From an uncultured virus (IMG/VR IMGVR_UViG_3300046832_003565) (Duplodnaviria; Heunggongvirae; Uroviricota; Caudoviricetes): a stretch of 20,000 nt of DNA. A model generated the notes under the pieces. The model was not told the origin of the DNA. It was given only the letters and a program-made list of their open reading frames with translations, and searched no databases. The stretch lies in the IMG/VR virus record IMGVR_UViG_3300046832_003565, one strand, 5' to 3'. The position numbers and the translations under genes were made by a program. Shown here piece by piece: positions 1-9,051 of this stretch; position 1 is the first letter of the stretch; the number at the start of each line of letters is the position of its first letter.

Positions 1-71
1 CCAAGATTGTTTTGAAATTTAGACAAGAGATTTTCTTGTTCAGGCGATAATAAAGATTTTCTTTTTTCCAT
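1..71 (-). CDS. 5' part of a hypothetical protein (MEKRKSLLSPEQENLLSKFQNNL...), truncated by the window edge
   Basis: ATG at 71-69 directly abuts the TAA stop (72-74) of the upstream lysozyme gene; frame is open to position 1; not in the ORF track. Confidence 0.6.
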   Translation of the reverse strand, partial: MEKRKSLLSPEQENLLSKFQNNL

Positions 72-815
72 TTATTTTCCTTTAAATTTTTTCATCACTT
101 TTCTCACTCTACTGTTCCAGCCTTTTCCAAATTTATCAGCATCTTCATCAGTTTTCAGTCTATAAATTTGTTTATTTGCTATTGCTGTGGCTAGTTTTAT
201 ATCTCCGTTGACAGTGAGTCTTTTTATTTTGTTTATAGTGTCAGAACCCATAATTCCATCCACTTTTAAACCTAATAATTTTTGTACAAGTCTTATCGAA
301 TCTTGTGGACCATCAAGAAGAGCTTGTGAAAGCATAATGTGCGCAACATTTGGTGGTAGTTGATCTCCTTTTATAATGTTCCAATATTCTTCTTTGTAAA
401 TTTGATCTGCTTCTTGTCTTGTTATCTTATAAACATCTTTGAGTGGTTTATTGTGTTTTTTATTCCAATTGTTATAGGTATATTGTGTGATACCTAAATT
501 TGTTTTACCGCCTTTATCATAAGATAAATTAGATTTTCCGCCTTCAAGTTCTACTAGGTTATTTATTATATTTTTGAAATTGTTTGGTTTTGAAGAATTA
601 GAAGTTGGCGCACTTGGTTTTGGAACTACGGGTTTGGGTTTTGGGATTATAGGTTCTGTTGATTCTGGTTTAGTGACAGGTTTTATTACAGGTTTTGTTG
701 TTTTTTTAAGCTGAGTTTTTTTTGCTTTTTCCTCAAGCATTTTATTATATTTCTCAGCATCTAAATTAAATTGATCAACATCAGACATTTGAGCTATAAC
801 TGTTCTGTACCACAT
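72..815 (-). CDS. Glycoside hydrolase family 108-type lysozyme with C-terminal peptidoglycan-binding region, N-terminal MWYR tag and Pro/Lys-rich linker
   Basis: LEGGKSNLSYDKGGKTNLGIT matches the GH108 EGG...D.GG.TN.GIT motif; Y..EYW; VQKLLGLKVDGIMGSDT and FGKGWNSR are typical of the GH108 C-terminal part. Confidence 0.85.
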   Translation of the reverse strand: MWYRTVIAQMSDVDQFNLDAEKYNKMLEEKAKKTQLKKTTKPVIKPVTKPESTEPIIPKPKPVVPKPSAPTSNSSKPNNFKNIINNLVELEGGKSNLSYDKGGKTNLGITQYTYNNWNKKHNKPLKDVYKITRQEADQIYKEEYWNIIKGDQLPPNVAHIMLSQALLDGPQDSIRLVQKLLGLKVDGIMGSDTINKIKRLTVNGDIKLATAIANKQIYRLKTDEDADKFGKGWNSRVRKVMKKFKGK

Positions 816-841
816 ACATATATTTTTTGTATGTTAAAAAG

Positions 842-865
842 AAAAACCCTTTGTTCAAGGGTTTT
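842..865 (-). terminator. Intrinsic terminator-like hairpin
   Basis: AAAACCCTT-tgttc-AAGGGTTTT inverted repeat with a T-run on the minus strand, at the end of the 864..1232 gene. Confidence 0.65.
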
Positions 866-1232
866 ACAAGAAGCTCAAATAGTTATTTATTTTTTGGACA
901 ATATCGCAAGAAGAATCATAGAAATCATTATTTGTATGTTCAAGTTCCAAATCAAGTCTTAAGTCTTTTATTATATTTTGCAAATTGTAATCGTGATTTA
1001 TAATGTTATTTTTTGGCATCCAGAAATTATTTTTGTTTAGTTCATAATCTATATCGTCTAATATTTTACATTCATCAACAAAGTCTTTAACTTCATCGTT
1101 GAAGTTCATTTTTATTTTACTAAGTCTTTGAGATTCTAATAATGCATTGAAATCATCTTCGCAAAATGATCTATTGTTATAAACCATACATTCTACAAAA
1201 ACATAAAAAAACCAATAACTTTTATCTTGCAT
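864..1232 (-). CDS. Hypothetical protein (122 aa)
   Basis: ORF track; TATAAT 5 nt upstream of the ATG on the minus strand; ends at a hairpin. Confidence 0.65.
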   Translation of the reverse strand: MQDKSYWFFYVFVECMVYNNRSFCEDDFNALLESQRLSKIKMNFNDEVKDFVDECKILDDIDYELNKNNFWMPKNNIINHDYNLQNIIKDLRLDLELEHTNNDFYDSSCDIVQKINNYLSFL

Positions 1233-1293
1233 AGTCTATTATAGCCTTATTTTAAGAAAAATAAATTCTGAATTTGACTTGTATAAATTCATG

Positions 1294-1662
1294 ATGCAAA
1301 AGACATCTTGTATTGTAAATAAACCTTTTTCAGCAAATCAAATGTATGTTCCAATTGCTCGTGGAAAAATGGTGAAATCTAAGAAATACAATGCATGGAT
1401 TGAGAAAAATCTTCCAATACTAATAAATGACATGTTGCCTGCAAAACAGTTTCCAGTGAATGTTGAATTGCTTGTTATGGCTAATCATTTATGGAGACAA
1501 AAAAACGATATTGATAATTTAGCAAAACCATTAATTGATCTTTTAGTGAGAGCTGAAATATTTCCAGATGATACATCAAGATACATTGAAAATGTTCATG
1601 TAAGATATTTATATATTTCAGGAGATCCTTTGGTAAGAATTTCTTATGAGCCTGTAGAATAA
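1294..1662 (+). CDS. rusA: RusA-family Holliday junction resolvase
   Basis: KPFSANQMY near the N-terminus and the catalytic pattern DIDNLAKPLIDLL...IFPDD (DxDNxxKxxxDxL..DD). Start moved from TTG 1279 to ATG 1294 (ATG 1291 also possible) because TATAAA lies at 1282-1287. Confidence 0.8.
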   Translation: MQKTSCIVNKPFSANQMYVPIARGKMVKSKKYNAWIEKNLPILINDMLPAKQFPVNVELLVMANHLWRQKNDIDNLAKPLIDLLVRAEIFPDDTSRYIENVHVRYLYISGDPLVRISYEPVE

Positions 1663-1671
1663 AAACATATC

Positions 1672-4026
1672 ATGTGGTACAAATTTTCTAAAAATGTCTT
1701 TTCAGCTTCAGCGCAAATAACAAAATTTCTTTCTCCTTTGCCTGTTCCAGAAGTGATTGAAAAAGCGCCTAGTAATATACAATTAGAACTTGCATATTGT
1801 TACATCGTTGCAGAAAACAGAGATTCAGCAGAAATAAAATTAGCACTTAATCATCTTTCTGAAAAAATGTTTGAATTAAAACAAAGAAATGTAATTACCA
1901 CTAAAGTATCAAAAAAATCTCTAGAAATAAGCTCTTCTTTTGACGAAGTTGATTTTGATGATTTTGAAGCTATTGTTGAACATATTGATTATTTGGATTC
2001 CCAATTGAAACCAAAAAAAGATATGGCAGCAACATTGGACATGAATCCTGTAATCGCTAATGGAAAAATCAAAGTATACAATCCAAAAACTTACGAAGAG
2101 TCAGAAAAAGTATGTGTAGGAACATCGTGGTGTATTGGTGATCGTTCCACTGGAATGTTCTTAAATTACAGATACAACAATGAAAGTAATTTTTATGTTG
2201 TAGAGGATCCAAACAGAAAGTATCCATTCCGTAAAGTGGCAATTGATGTTCGACCTAATGAAATTGAAATTACAGATGAAATAAATGATACTGGATTTAC
2301 TTTAAAAGCTGAATTGATAGTTGATGGTAAAAGTTATGGAAAAAGTATCAAAGGCTATTTTAAATATTTAAGTGATATTTCTAATGGCGAAATAAAAGAA
2401 GAAGATTTTACACCAAGACCTTTATCGCCTGAAGAGCAAGAGACAAAATTAAAATTTGCTGATGAAAACAAAAGTTTATCTTGGTTTATGGACTTATCAT
2501 ATATGGACAAAGAAGCATATATTTTAAGAAGATATGATTTGTCATTTGCTCAATTTATGTTTATGTATGAACGTAAAAATGTATTTAGAGAGCTATTAAA
2601 TCTTGTTGCTACACAACGTCAAGATGAACGTATTCAAAGAGTTATTGAAAAAGATCCGATGTTGTATAGAACTAAATTACGTTCTGATCTTTTGTCCGTT
2701 GTTAATATTGGATTAGATGAAAATAATTTTGACACAATAGTGCAATATAAATTATTCACTGTTCTTGACAGATATATTCAAAACTTTATTGGCAATGTTC
2801 CAAAAATATCACTGTCATATGCTCAATCTAATCAAGAGTTTAAAGATTACATGAAGAAGTTTCTTTCTGAAAAAATCTTTACCACGGAATTCGCTTTTGA
2901 CTTAAGATTTTTCGAATTATTTACAATTGATGAACTTCAATCTCTAGTTCCTACAATGAGCGAAATGTGCAAATCATCATTTAATTCAATAACTAATGTA
3001 GATGGAATTATCGATGCATTTGCTAATCAAGAAATCGACTTTGATCTTTTTGAAAAAGCTATTATAGATCAAATGGATGTTTTAGAAGCAATCAAAAAGA
3101 CGCAAGAAACAATTTTATCCAAAAAATACAAAATTACAAAGCCATTTTATCTAACTAAAGATGTATTGACTATTGAATTTGTAACTGAATGTTTAAAAAA
3201 TAATCTTATATCTGTAGAAATATTAACTGGCAATCAAAGCTCTGGAGAAAATGTCTCCGGTGTGTATGGGTTTGGGCAAGATATAGAATTTGATGAAAGA
3301 TTCAATCATACTGGTACAGTTGTAGCAGCAATGTCTGATGATTCTTATGACTCTTATAATTACGATTTAGCATTTGAATTGATAGCTATTGGCATGCAAA
3401 CTGGTGCTTATAATTTACAATCTATTCCAAGAGAAATTCAACAATCGACTGGCGAATTAGGAGTTGAGGGACTTTTTGAAATTGTTGTAAATAGATCCAA
3501 TAATATTTCCGACATACCATCAAACTTGCTTTCTGATGATGATTTTGTTAGACTTCTGATGAAATCCAATAAATTTACAAGAGAATACTTGGAAAATATT
3601 TCAGAAGAACAGAAAAATGCTTTGGCAGATGCTGCTGTAGGTATCATAAATTCTAAATATGAAAAACAATTTCTAATCAAAGATATTGCAAATGCAAAAT
3701 TAGAATCAAAACTTAAAAAATTAAATCCATCATTGTTTACTACACCATCTACATCAGCAAGACCAGCAACTTTACCCGCAAATTCCTCGCAAAAAATGAC
3801 AAGAGGTAGAGCAATGATAGCTCTTGGACTAAAACCAGGAGATAAGTATCATGAAAAAGAAGCTGATGCTCTAAATATAAGTAGTGAAATTACAAAAGTT
3901 CAATTTGATGCAATTAAGAAAAAGTTCGATGCTGACCGTGCTGGAGCAAGTGCAGAAGACTATGTTGATTTCAAATACATGTATGAAGATGACGATTCTG
4001 ATGATGATGACTTTGACATTTACTAA
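1672..4026 (+). CDS. Large hypothetical phage protein (784 aa) with MWYK tag and acidic C-terminal tail
   Basis: Long ORF; segment IKVYNPKTYEESEKVCVGTSWCI...F.NY...FYVV resembles a module I recall from large-phage proteins; ends EDDDSDDDDFDIY. Confidence 0.8.
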   Translation: MWYKFSKNVFSASAQITKFLSPLPVPEVIEKAPSNIQLELAYCYIVAENRDSAEIKLALNHLSEKMFELKQRNVITTKVSKKSLEISSSFDEVDFDDFEAIVEHIDYLDSQLKPKKDMAATLDMNPVIANGKIKVYNPKTYEESEKVCVGTSWCIGDRSTGMFLNYRYNNESNFYVVEDPNRKYPFRKVAIDVRPNEIEITDEINDTGFTLKAELIVDGKSYGKSIKGYFKYLSDISNGEIKEEDFTPRPLSPEEQETKLKFADENKSLSWFMDLSYMDKEAYILRRYDLSFAQFMFMYERKNVFRELLNLVATQRQDERIQRVIEKDPMLYRTKLRSDLLSVVNIGLDENNFDTIVQYKLFTVLDRYIQNFIGNVPKISLSYAQSNQEFKDYMKKFLSEKIFTTEFAFDLRFFELFTIDELQSLVPTMSEMCKSSFNSITNVDGIIDAFANQEIDFDLFEKAIIDQMDVLEAIKKTQETILSKKYKITKPFYLTKDVLTIEFVTECLKNNLISVEILTGNQSSGENVSGVYGFGQDIEFDERFNHTGTVVAAMSDDSYDSYNYDLAFELIAIGMQTGAYNLQSIPREIQQSTGELGVEGLFEIVVNRSNNISDIPSNLLSDDDFVRLLMKSNKFTREYLENISEEQKNALADAAVGIINSKYEKQFLIKDIANAKLESKLKKLNPSLFTTPSTSARPATLPANSSQKMTRGRAMIALGLKPGDKYHEKEADALNISSEITKVQFDAIKKKFDADRAGASAEDYVDFKYMYEDDDSDDDDFDIY

Positions 4027-4074
4027 AACAGTTATTTAATTGTTAAAGATTTGGTAAGTCGTCAATGTTTAGAA

Positions 4075-5700
4075 TTATGAGCCTTTTCTGTAAACATTAT
4101 TATTGTATGATGCAAATTTTTCATCATCCTTCAGTATTGTTTCTCTGATTTCTTTAGTATTGATAAAAGGAGTGATATTTTCTTGTTCATCTCCTCCATA
4201 CCACCATTTTTTATATCCAGAAGGCAATTTAAACTCTTCGCCTCTTATGTCCTTGAATCTAAATGCGAAATTACTCTTTTCAAACCATTCTTGTATTTTT
4301 TCTGCAATTATGAACCACAAAAATTCAGGTTGATTTTGATACCATTTTCCGAAATCTTCACCAGGTGAATCATCTTGATATTTTTCCTTCATGTTTTCAT
4401 ATTCTTTTGTAGCCACTTCAAGAAAAAATCTGGCATCCAAATATTTTCTAAAATCATGAGATATTGGACTTTGGCTTAGGGCTAATAAAGCTTTAGCCAC
4501 CAATCCATCGTATATTTTTTCAGCATAATCTTCTAAATCATAATCTTCGATTGTATATTCTTTTCTATCGCCGTAACTATAAGCATCTCTATTTTTGTTT
4601 AAACCATTGGTAATCGAATCTATAACATTTTGTGTTATATCTGTCATATTAGCCTGGTATAAATTTCCTTCACTGAATTTTTTATAATCAAATACTGGTG
4701 ATCTGATACCAAATCTATTAAAATCTTCAGGAGCATCATCATCGAGATCATCAACTTCATATTCTTCTGGACCATATATAGATCTGTGAATATTGTAATC
4801 TATTTCAGTTGGGTCATAAGTCCAATATATTCCTTCTTGCCAATCTTCAAAATGATCCAACATTGGATTGCGTCTGATATCTTTTTCAATATCGTCTTGG
4901 CTTTCAAAAAACTCTTTAATTTTTTCTACTAAATCATCTTCTGTAATTTTTTTATTATTATGCCCTTTGACTTGTTTAACTTTATCACCAACCACTTCTA
5001 TTGTTACATGTGGTTGATTTCCAGGGTCTCTTAAGGAATAAATATTTGTATTGCCTCTTCTTACTTCATCCCAATATCCAGCAACACAGTGGTGCATTTT
5101 TGCGCCTTCTACATCTAAATCATTTTCAGAAATCACTTCTACCATACTCCAGCCATCTGGGTATTTCATTATTTCATTTCTGTCAGCTGGATTGTAAAAT
5201 TTACCTGAGCCTCTACCTTGCAACATTGATTCCCATTGATCTGTATCTTGGACTACTTCCTCCCAAGATTTTAAGCCTAAATTATAATCGGGATCATTAA
5301 TTTCAATATTATTTACAAAATCTTGAACATGAAGAGCTAATTCTAAAAAATTACCATGATCTCCAAAACCACCTTGTGGAATATTATGACTGTATTCTCC
5401 ATCAGGTCTAGCTGGTTGAACTCTCCAACCTTTTAATTTATGAAAAAGCCAATTTTTAAATTTTTCATTTTGAAAACGAGCTAATATAAATTGTTCTTCT
5501 CTTGTTGGTTTATTTTGTCTGGATAGATTTTCTAATTCTTGTAATGAAATGTTAGGATTTTTCTTTATAGCGCCTAGCATTTTACCTTTTGTAGCATCGT
5601 CATATTTTGAATTAGAAAAAACAGATAATATAGATTCATCTACACCTTGTGTTCTTAGCTTTTCCACTTCATCTTGTAAATTTGCAAATCTATACCACAT
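4075..5700 (-). CDS. PcfJ-like domain protein (541 aa) with MWYR tag
   Basis: DLDVEGAKMHHCVAGY...IYSLRD...PHVTIEV...VKQVKGHNN fits the PcfJ-like pattern EG..M.HCV..Y / SLR / TIE / Q..G..N. Confidence 0.75.
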   Translation of the reverse strand: MWYRFANLQDEVEKLRTQGVDESILSVFSNSKYDDATKGKMLGAIKKNPNISLQELENLSRQNKPTREEQFILARFQNEKFKNWLFHKLKGWRVQPARPDGEYSHNIPQGGFGDHGNFLELALHVQDFVNNIEINDPDYNLGLKSWEEVVQDTDQWESMLQGRGSGKFYNPADRNEIMKYPDGWSMVEVISENDLDVEGAKMHHCVAGYWDEVRRGNTNIYSLRDPGNQPHVTIEVVGDKVKQVKGHNNKKITEDDLVEKIKEFFESQDDIEKDIRRNPMLDHFEDWQEGIYWTYDPTEIDYNIHRSIYGPEEYEVDDLDDDAPEDFNRFGIRSPVFDYKKFSEGNLYQANMTDITQNVIDSITNGLNKNRDAYSYGDRKEYTIEDYDLEDYAEKIYDGLVAKALLALSQSPISHDFRKYLDARFFLEVATKEYENMKEKYQDDSPGEDFGKWYQNQPEFLWFIIAEKIQEWFEKSNFAFRFKDIRGEEFKLPSGYKKWWYGGDEQENITPFINTKEIRETILKDDEKFASYNNNVYRKGS

Positions 5701-5702
5701 AA

Positions 5703-6494
5703 TTAATCCTCTTCAAATAAATTGACATCAGAAGTTTGAAATTTTTGTTTATCATTAGATGGCAATCTTTCAATTTTATTTTTGACATCAAAATGCCATT
5801 GTGGTGCATCAGAAATTCCAGAAGGATCAAAACTTGCACTTCCCAATTCATTAGCCATATTTCTAACAAGCTTGAGTTTTTCTTCTTCTGGAAGATTAGA
5901 GTGTTCTTCTTTTATTTCTTTATCATACGATTGGTAAGGATCAGTAGCTTCAATTGGAAAACCAAGCCCTTTGAATCTTGCCCAAAATGCTTCTTTTGAA
6001 TGAACACGCCCAGTGATAAATTTTATATTTGGCTTTTGTATTTGAAGGTATTTTTTAAGCTCTTGATATAATTTTTTTCCAATTCCCCAATCAACTCTAG
6101 TAATTGAAGAATCATCAACCAAATATCCAGCACTTGATAATTGGTCTAGATATTCAGATTTTTTTTTATCTTCTGGGTTAACAGGTTTTCCGTATTGTTT
6201 CTTGCCTTTAGATGTAGGATATTCATATATTGATGTGTATATAATACGAGCGGTATCAGAACTGTCAGGAGCTTCGAAATCGATATAACCTAATTTTCTT
6301 CCATCATAAAGATAGGCATACAATCTATATTCTTCTGGGTATTCATCATCTTCAATCACTTCAAACTTTAAATTATCCAAATCAAAACGTTTAGGTTTTT
6401 CACCAGGATTAAGTGGATAAGTATTTTTACCAGAAAAATCCATATTGATTTGACCAGAAGGATCAACTTTAGTGATAGCTAATTTGTACCACAT
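5703..6494 (-). CDS. Hypothetical protein (263 aa), probable GNAT-fold acetyltransferase-like, with MWYK tag
   Basis: KLGYIDF...ARIIYTSI...WGIGKKLYQELKKY...GRVHSKEAFW resembles GNAT motif A (xGIGxxL) and motif B, with an insertion. Confidence 0.55.
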   Translation of the reverse strand: MWYKLAITKVDPSGQINMDFSGKNTYPLNPGEKPKRFDLDNLKFEVIEDDEYPEEYRLYAYLYDGRKLGYIDFEAPDSSDTARIIYTSIYEYPTSKGKKQYGKPVNPEDKKKSEYLDQLSSAGYLVDDSSITRVDWGIGKKLYQELKKYLQIQKPNIKFITGRVHSKEAFWARFKGLGFPIEATDPYQSYDKEIKEEHSNLPEEEKLKLVRNMANELGSASFDPSGISDAPQWHFDVKNKIERLPSNDKQKFQTSDVNLFEED

Positions 6495-8710
6495 TATAAA
6501 TCTCTCTTTATCACTACTGCAATACTGCCTGATGAAATCATTTGAGACAATTTTTCACGTTCATTTGAATCTTCAGAAAGTGTTGATTCATATTCTAAAG
6601 CAATTTCAATAACACTCTTTAAAGAATTGATATCGCCTTTTTTTATGTCGTCTATATATTCTTCCCACATCAAATGCAGTTCTTCAGTGATATCTGCAAA
6701 ATAATTGCCATCATAATCAGGATCAGGTCCTTCAGATTTTATTGTTTGCAAGCATTTACTTATGTAAAAATCTTTGATATTTTCTAATATTTGTTTGTTA
6801 GATATATCTTTAGAAGGTTTGAATAAATCATTGTAGCTAAAATCAGACAGCCCCTCGTCTTGTACTGCTGCTAATCTAAACTTTTTATGATTGTAAGCAT
6901 AAATCCATTTTTCGGGAGATACATCAGAGTTAGTGTCAAATAATTCTAACTGTCTATTTCTTCCATGGTTGTAGTTTCTGTATTTATTGTAAAATTTCAC
7001 AACAGAACTTGGAGTGATAGGTGATAAATCTAAATTCAATCCGATTTTATTAGCTAATCCATAAAACTCAGATGGAAGATTTTTTAACATATATTCATAC
7101 AATTCATCTGTAAAATAAACTGAATATACATCGTAGATTCCATCGTATTGTTTAAGTATTTTTTCGCCATCTTCATCAAATTTAGCTCTTCCACGTTTAG
7201 GTTCTCTACGATATGGCGACATTGCTATATCATCTATTTCTTCTGGACTTTTATCTTTGAAGTTAAATAATCTTGCAGGACCGAGATCTTGTTCTCTAAA
7301 TTTCCTACTTTGTGGTTCAGTAATCTGTTCTAATTCTTCATCAATATAAGTCATTAAGTGATCCTTAACAACTTCAATTTTAAGTTTAGCTTTGACTTCT
7401 TTTTGATTAATCCCTAATGGACGAGATTCTTTTGCATATTCTTTTAAGTAATTAATATCGTGGCGAATGAACATATCTCCAATATAAGAAATTAATTCTT
7501 CAAATCCTTCATAATTAATTTCTTCAGATGATTTGTAAAATTCTGGATCATCATAATAGCCACCACGGTTTTGTCCTATTTTATCTATCAAATAGTCAAT
7601 ATCAAATTCTTCAATAAATTCATCTTCATCTACAGTAACAGGTCGTAAAGGAACTCCTAGACCGTCAGTTGAATCTTCATCAAAATATGGATTTAAGTAT
7701 TCTTGTATAGATTCTAATGCTCTGTTTTCATCAGAACCTGATCTAAAATAAAATTCGTGATCATAAGTTTTATCTTTTGAATAATATTTTCCTTGATATA
7801 TCCATTGCTGAATCAATTTCAAGTAATCATCTTTAGGTCTGGAATTGCCTTTGCCCTTAATTTGCTGAACAGAGTCTGGTAAATCAATTTCAATGGTTAC
7901 ATGTGGTTGGTTTGATTCATCACGTAAAGAAAAGATTTCAATTGTACCCCTTTGAAATTGAGTAAAATAATTGTTAGTTCCTACACAGTGACCCATGATA
8001 TCGCCTTCAATATCAAAATCACTTTCTTCTGTTATCTTGACAATCATCCAACCAACATATTTATCAGATAAACCAATTCTATCAATTGTCTCTTTATCAA
8101 AAATGAATACGACATTTGGATCAACTATTTGTCCATTTTCTTTTTTAATCTTAGTAAATGTTTTTGTTGATGTTTGATTTGCAAGTTCTTCATGCCATCT
8201 GTCACTTGCTTGCATTGCTTGATCAAGAGTCATTGAAAAAATATTGAATCTTGGGCTTTGATCTAAATGATCTACATACCAGTCAAATACATGTCTTATT
8301 TCTGTTCCAATCATGGTAACAGCGTTGTATGGCATGTTTGAAAATTTTGGGTAAGTGTAATTTTCAGGGTCAAACTGATTAGGTCTATAAGAAGGAATAG
8401 CCACTCTATCGACCCATTTGTAAAAGTTAGCTTTTTGCTCCTCAGATAGATTAGAATTGGTAACCAAAGTATCTATTTCAGAAAGCAATCTCATTTCTTG
8501 AATTGAAAGATTATTTGTCTTTTTTGGACTTAATTTTTCTTCTAACTCATTCCAAGACATTAATGGGTTTTGCATCAATGCGCCAATATATTTTCCTCTT
8601 AAGGCAAGATCTGCCATCTCTTGAAGCTTGGTAATATTGTCTTGGCTTACACCTTTTTCTTTAAGTGTTTCGAAAGCTTTTTCTGCATTTTGTGCAAGTT
8701 TATACCACAT
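6494..8710 (-). CDS. PcfJ-like domain protein (738 aa) with MWYK tag; paralog of 4075..5700
   Basis: DFDIEGDIMGHCVGTNNY...IFSLRDESNQPHVTIEI...VQQIKGKGNS; N-terminal ~60 aa align by eye with the 541-aa protein. Confidence 0.75.
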   Translation of the reverse strand: MWYKLAQNAEKAFETLKEKGVSQDNITKLQEMADLALRGKYIGALMQNPLMSWNELEEKLSPKKTNNLSIQEMRLLSEIDTLVTNSNLSEEQKANFYKWVDRVAIPSYRPNQFDPENYTYPKFSNMPYNAVTMIGTEIRHVFDWYVDHLDQSPRFNIFSMTLDQAMQASDRWHEELANQTSTKTFTKIKKENGQIVDPNVVFIFDKETIDRIGLSDKYVGWMIVKITEESDFDIEGDIMGHCVGTNNYFTQFQRGTIEIFSLRDESNQPHVTIEIDLPDSVQQIKGKGNSRPKDDYLKLIQQWIYQGKYYSKDKTYDHEFYFRSGSDENRALESIQEYLNPYFDEDSTDGLGVPLRPVTVDEDEFIEEFDIDYLIDKIGQNRGGYYDDPEFYKSSEEINYEGFEELISYIGDMFIRHDINYLKEYAKESRPLGINQKEVKAKLKIEVVKDHLMTYIDEELEQITEPQSRKFREQDLGPARLFNFKDKSPEEIDDIAMSPYRREPKRGRAKFDEDGEKILKQYDGIYDVYSVYFTDELYEYMLKNLPSEFYGLANKIGLNLDLSPITPSSVVKFYNKYRNYNHGRNRQLELFDTNSDVSPEKWIYAYNHKKFRLAAVQDEGLSDFSYNDLFKPSKDISNKQILENIKDFYISKCLQTIKSEGPDPDYDGNYFADITEELHLMWEEYIDDIKKGDINSLKSVIEIALEYESTLSEDSNEREKLSQMISSGSIAVVIKRDL

Positions 8711-8711
8711 T

Positions 8712-9050
8712 TTATTTTACTTTCTTTTTAATTTTATATAAAACACTTACAGGATGATCGTTAATTAATGAAGCCCAATATCCAGGATTTATTTCTTCAG
8801 GAGAAACTAACACTTTGTAAATTATAAGAGATTTTCTTCTGTCATTGAAAAAATTAGTGTCGCCAAAGTCTGTTGCTTCTTCAGGTGTAGTGGCTAATAA
8901 TGATTTTGCTCTCAATACATTAAGATCAATTCTAGAACCATGATAAAAAACATATTTATCACCCTCTTTTTGAACTTGATGTCTTTGCAACCATTCTTCA
9001 TTAGTTTCAGACGTTTGATTAAACAAAGATTGAGAAATTCTATACCACAT
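8712..9050 (-). CDS. Small protein (112 aa), possible ADP-ribosyltransferase fold, with MWYR tag
   Basis: YVFYHGS...LLATTPEEATDFG...IIYKVLV resembles the H-G-[T/S] strand 1, the [Y/F/L]-x-[T/S] strand 2 plus helix, and the downstream strand of ART-fold domains. Confidence 0.5.
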   Translation of the reverse strand: MWYRISQSLFNQTSETNEEWLQRHQVQKEGDKYVFYHGSRIDLNVLRAKSLLATTPEEATDFGDTNFFNDRRKSLIIYKVLVSPEEINPGYWASLINDHPVSVLYKIKKKVK

Positions 9051-9051
9051 T

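Noticed and set aside
600..730. GGTTT-rich quasi-repeat
   Set aside because: Explained by the Lys/Pro-rich linker of the lysozyme; not an independent repeat element
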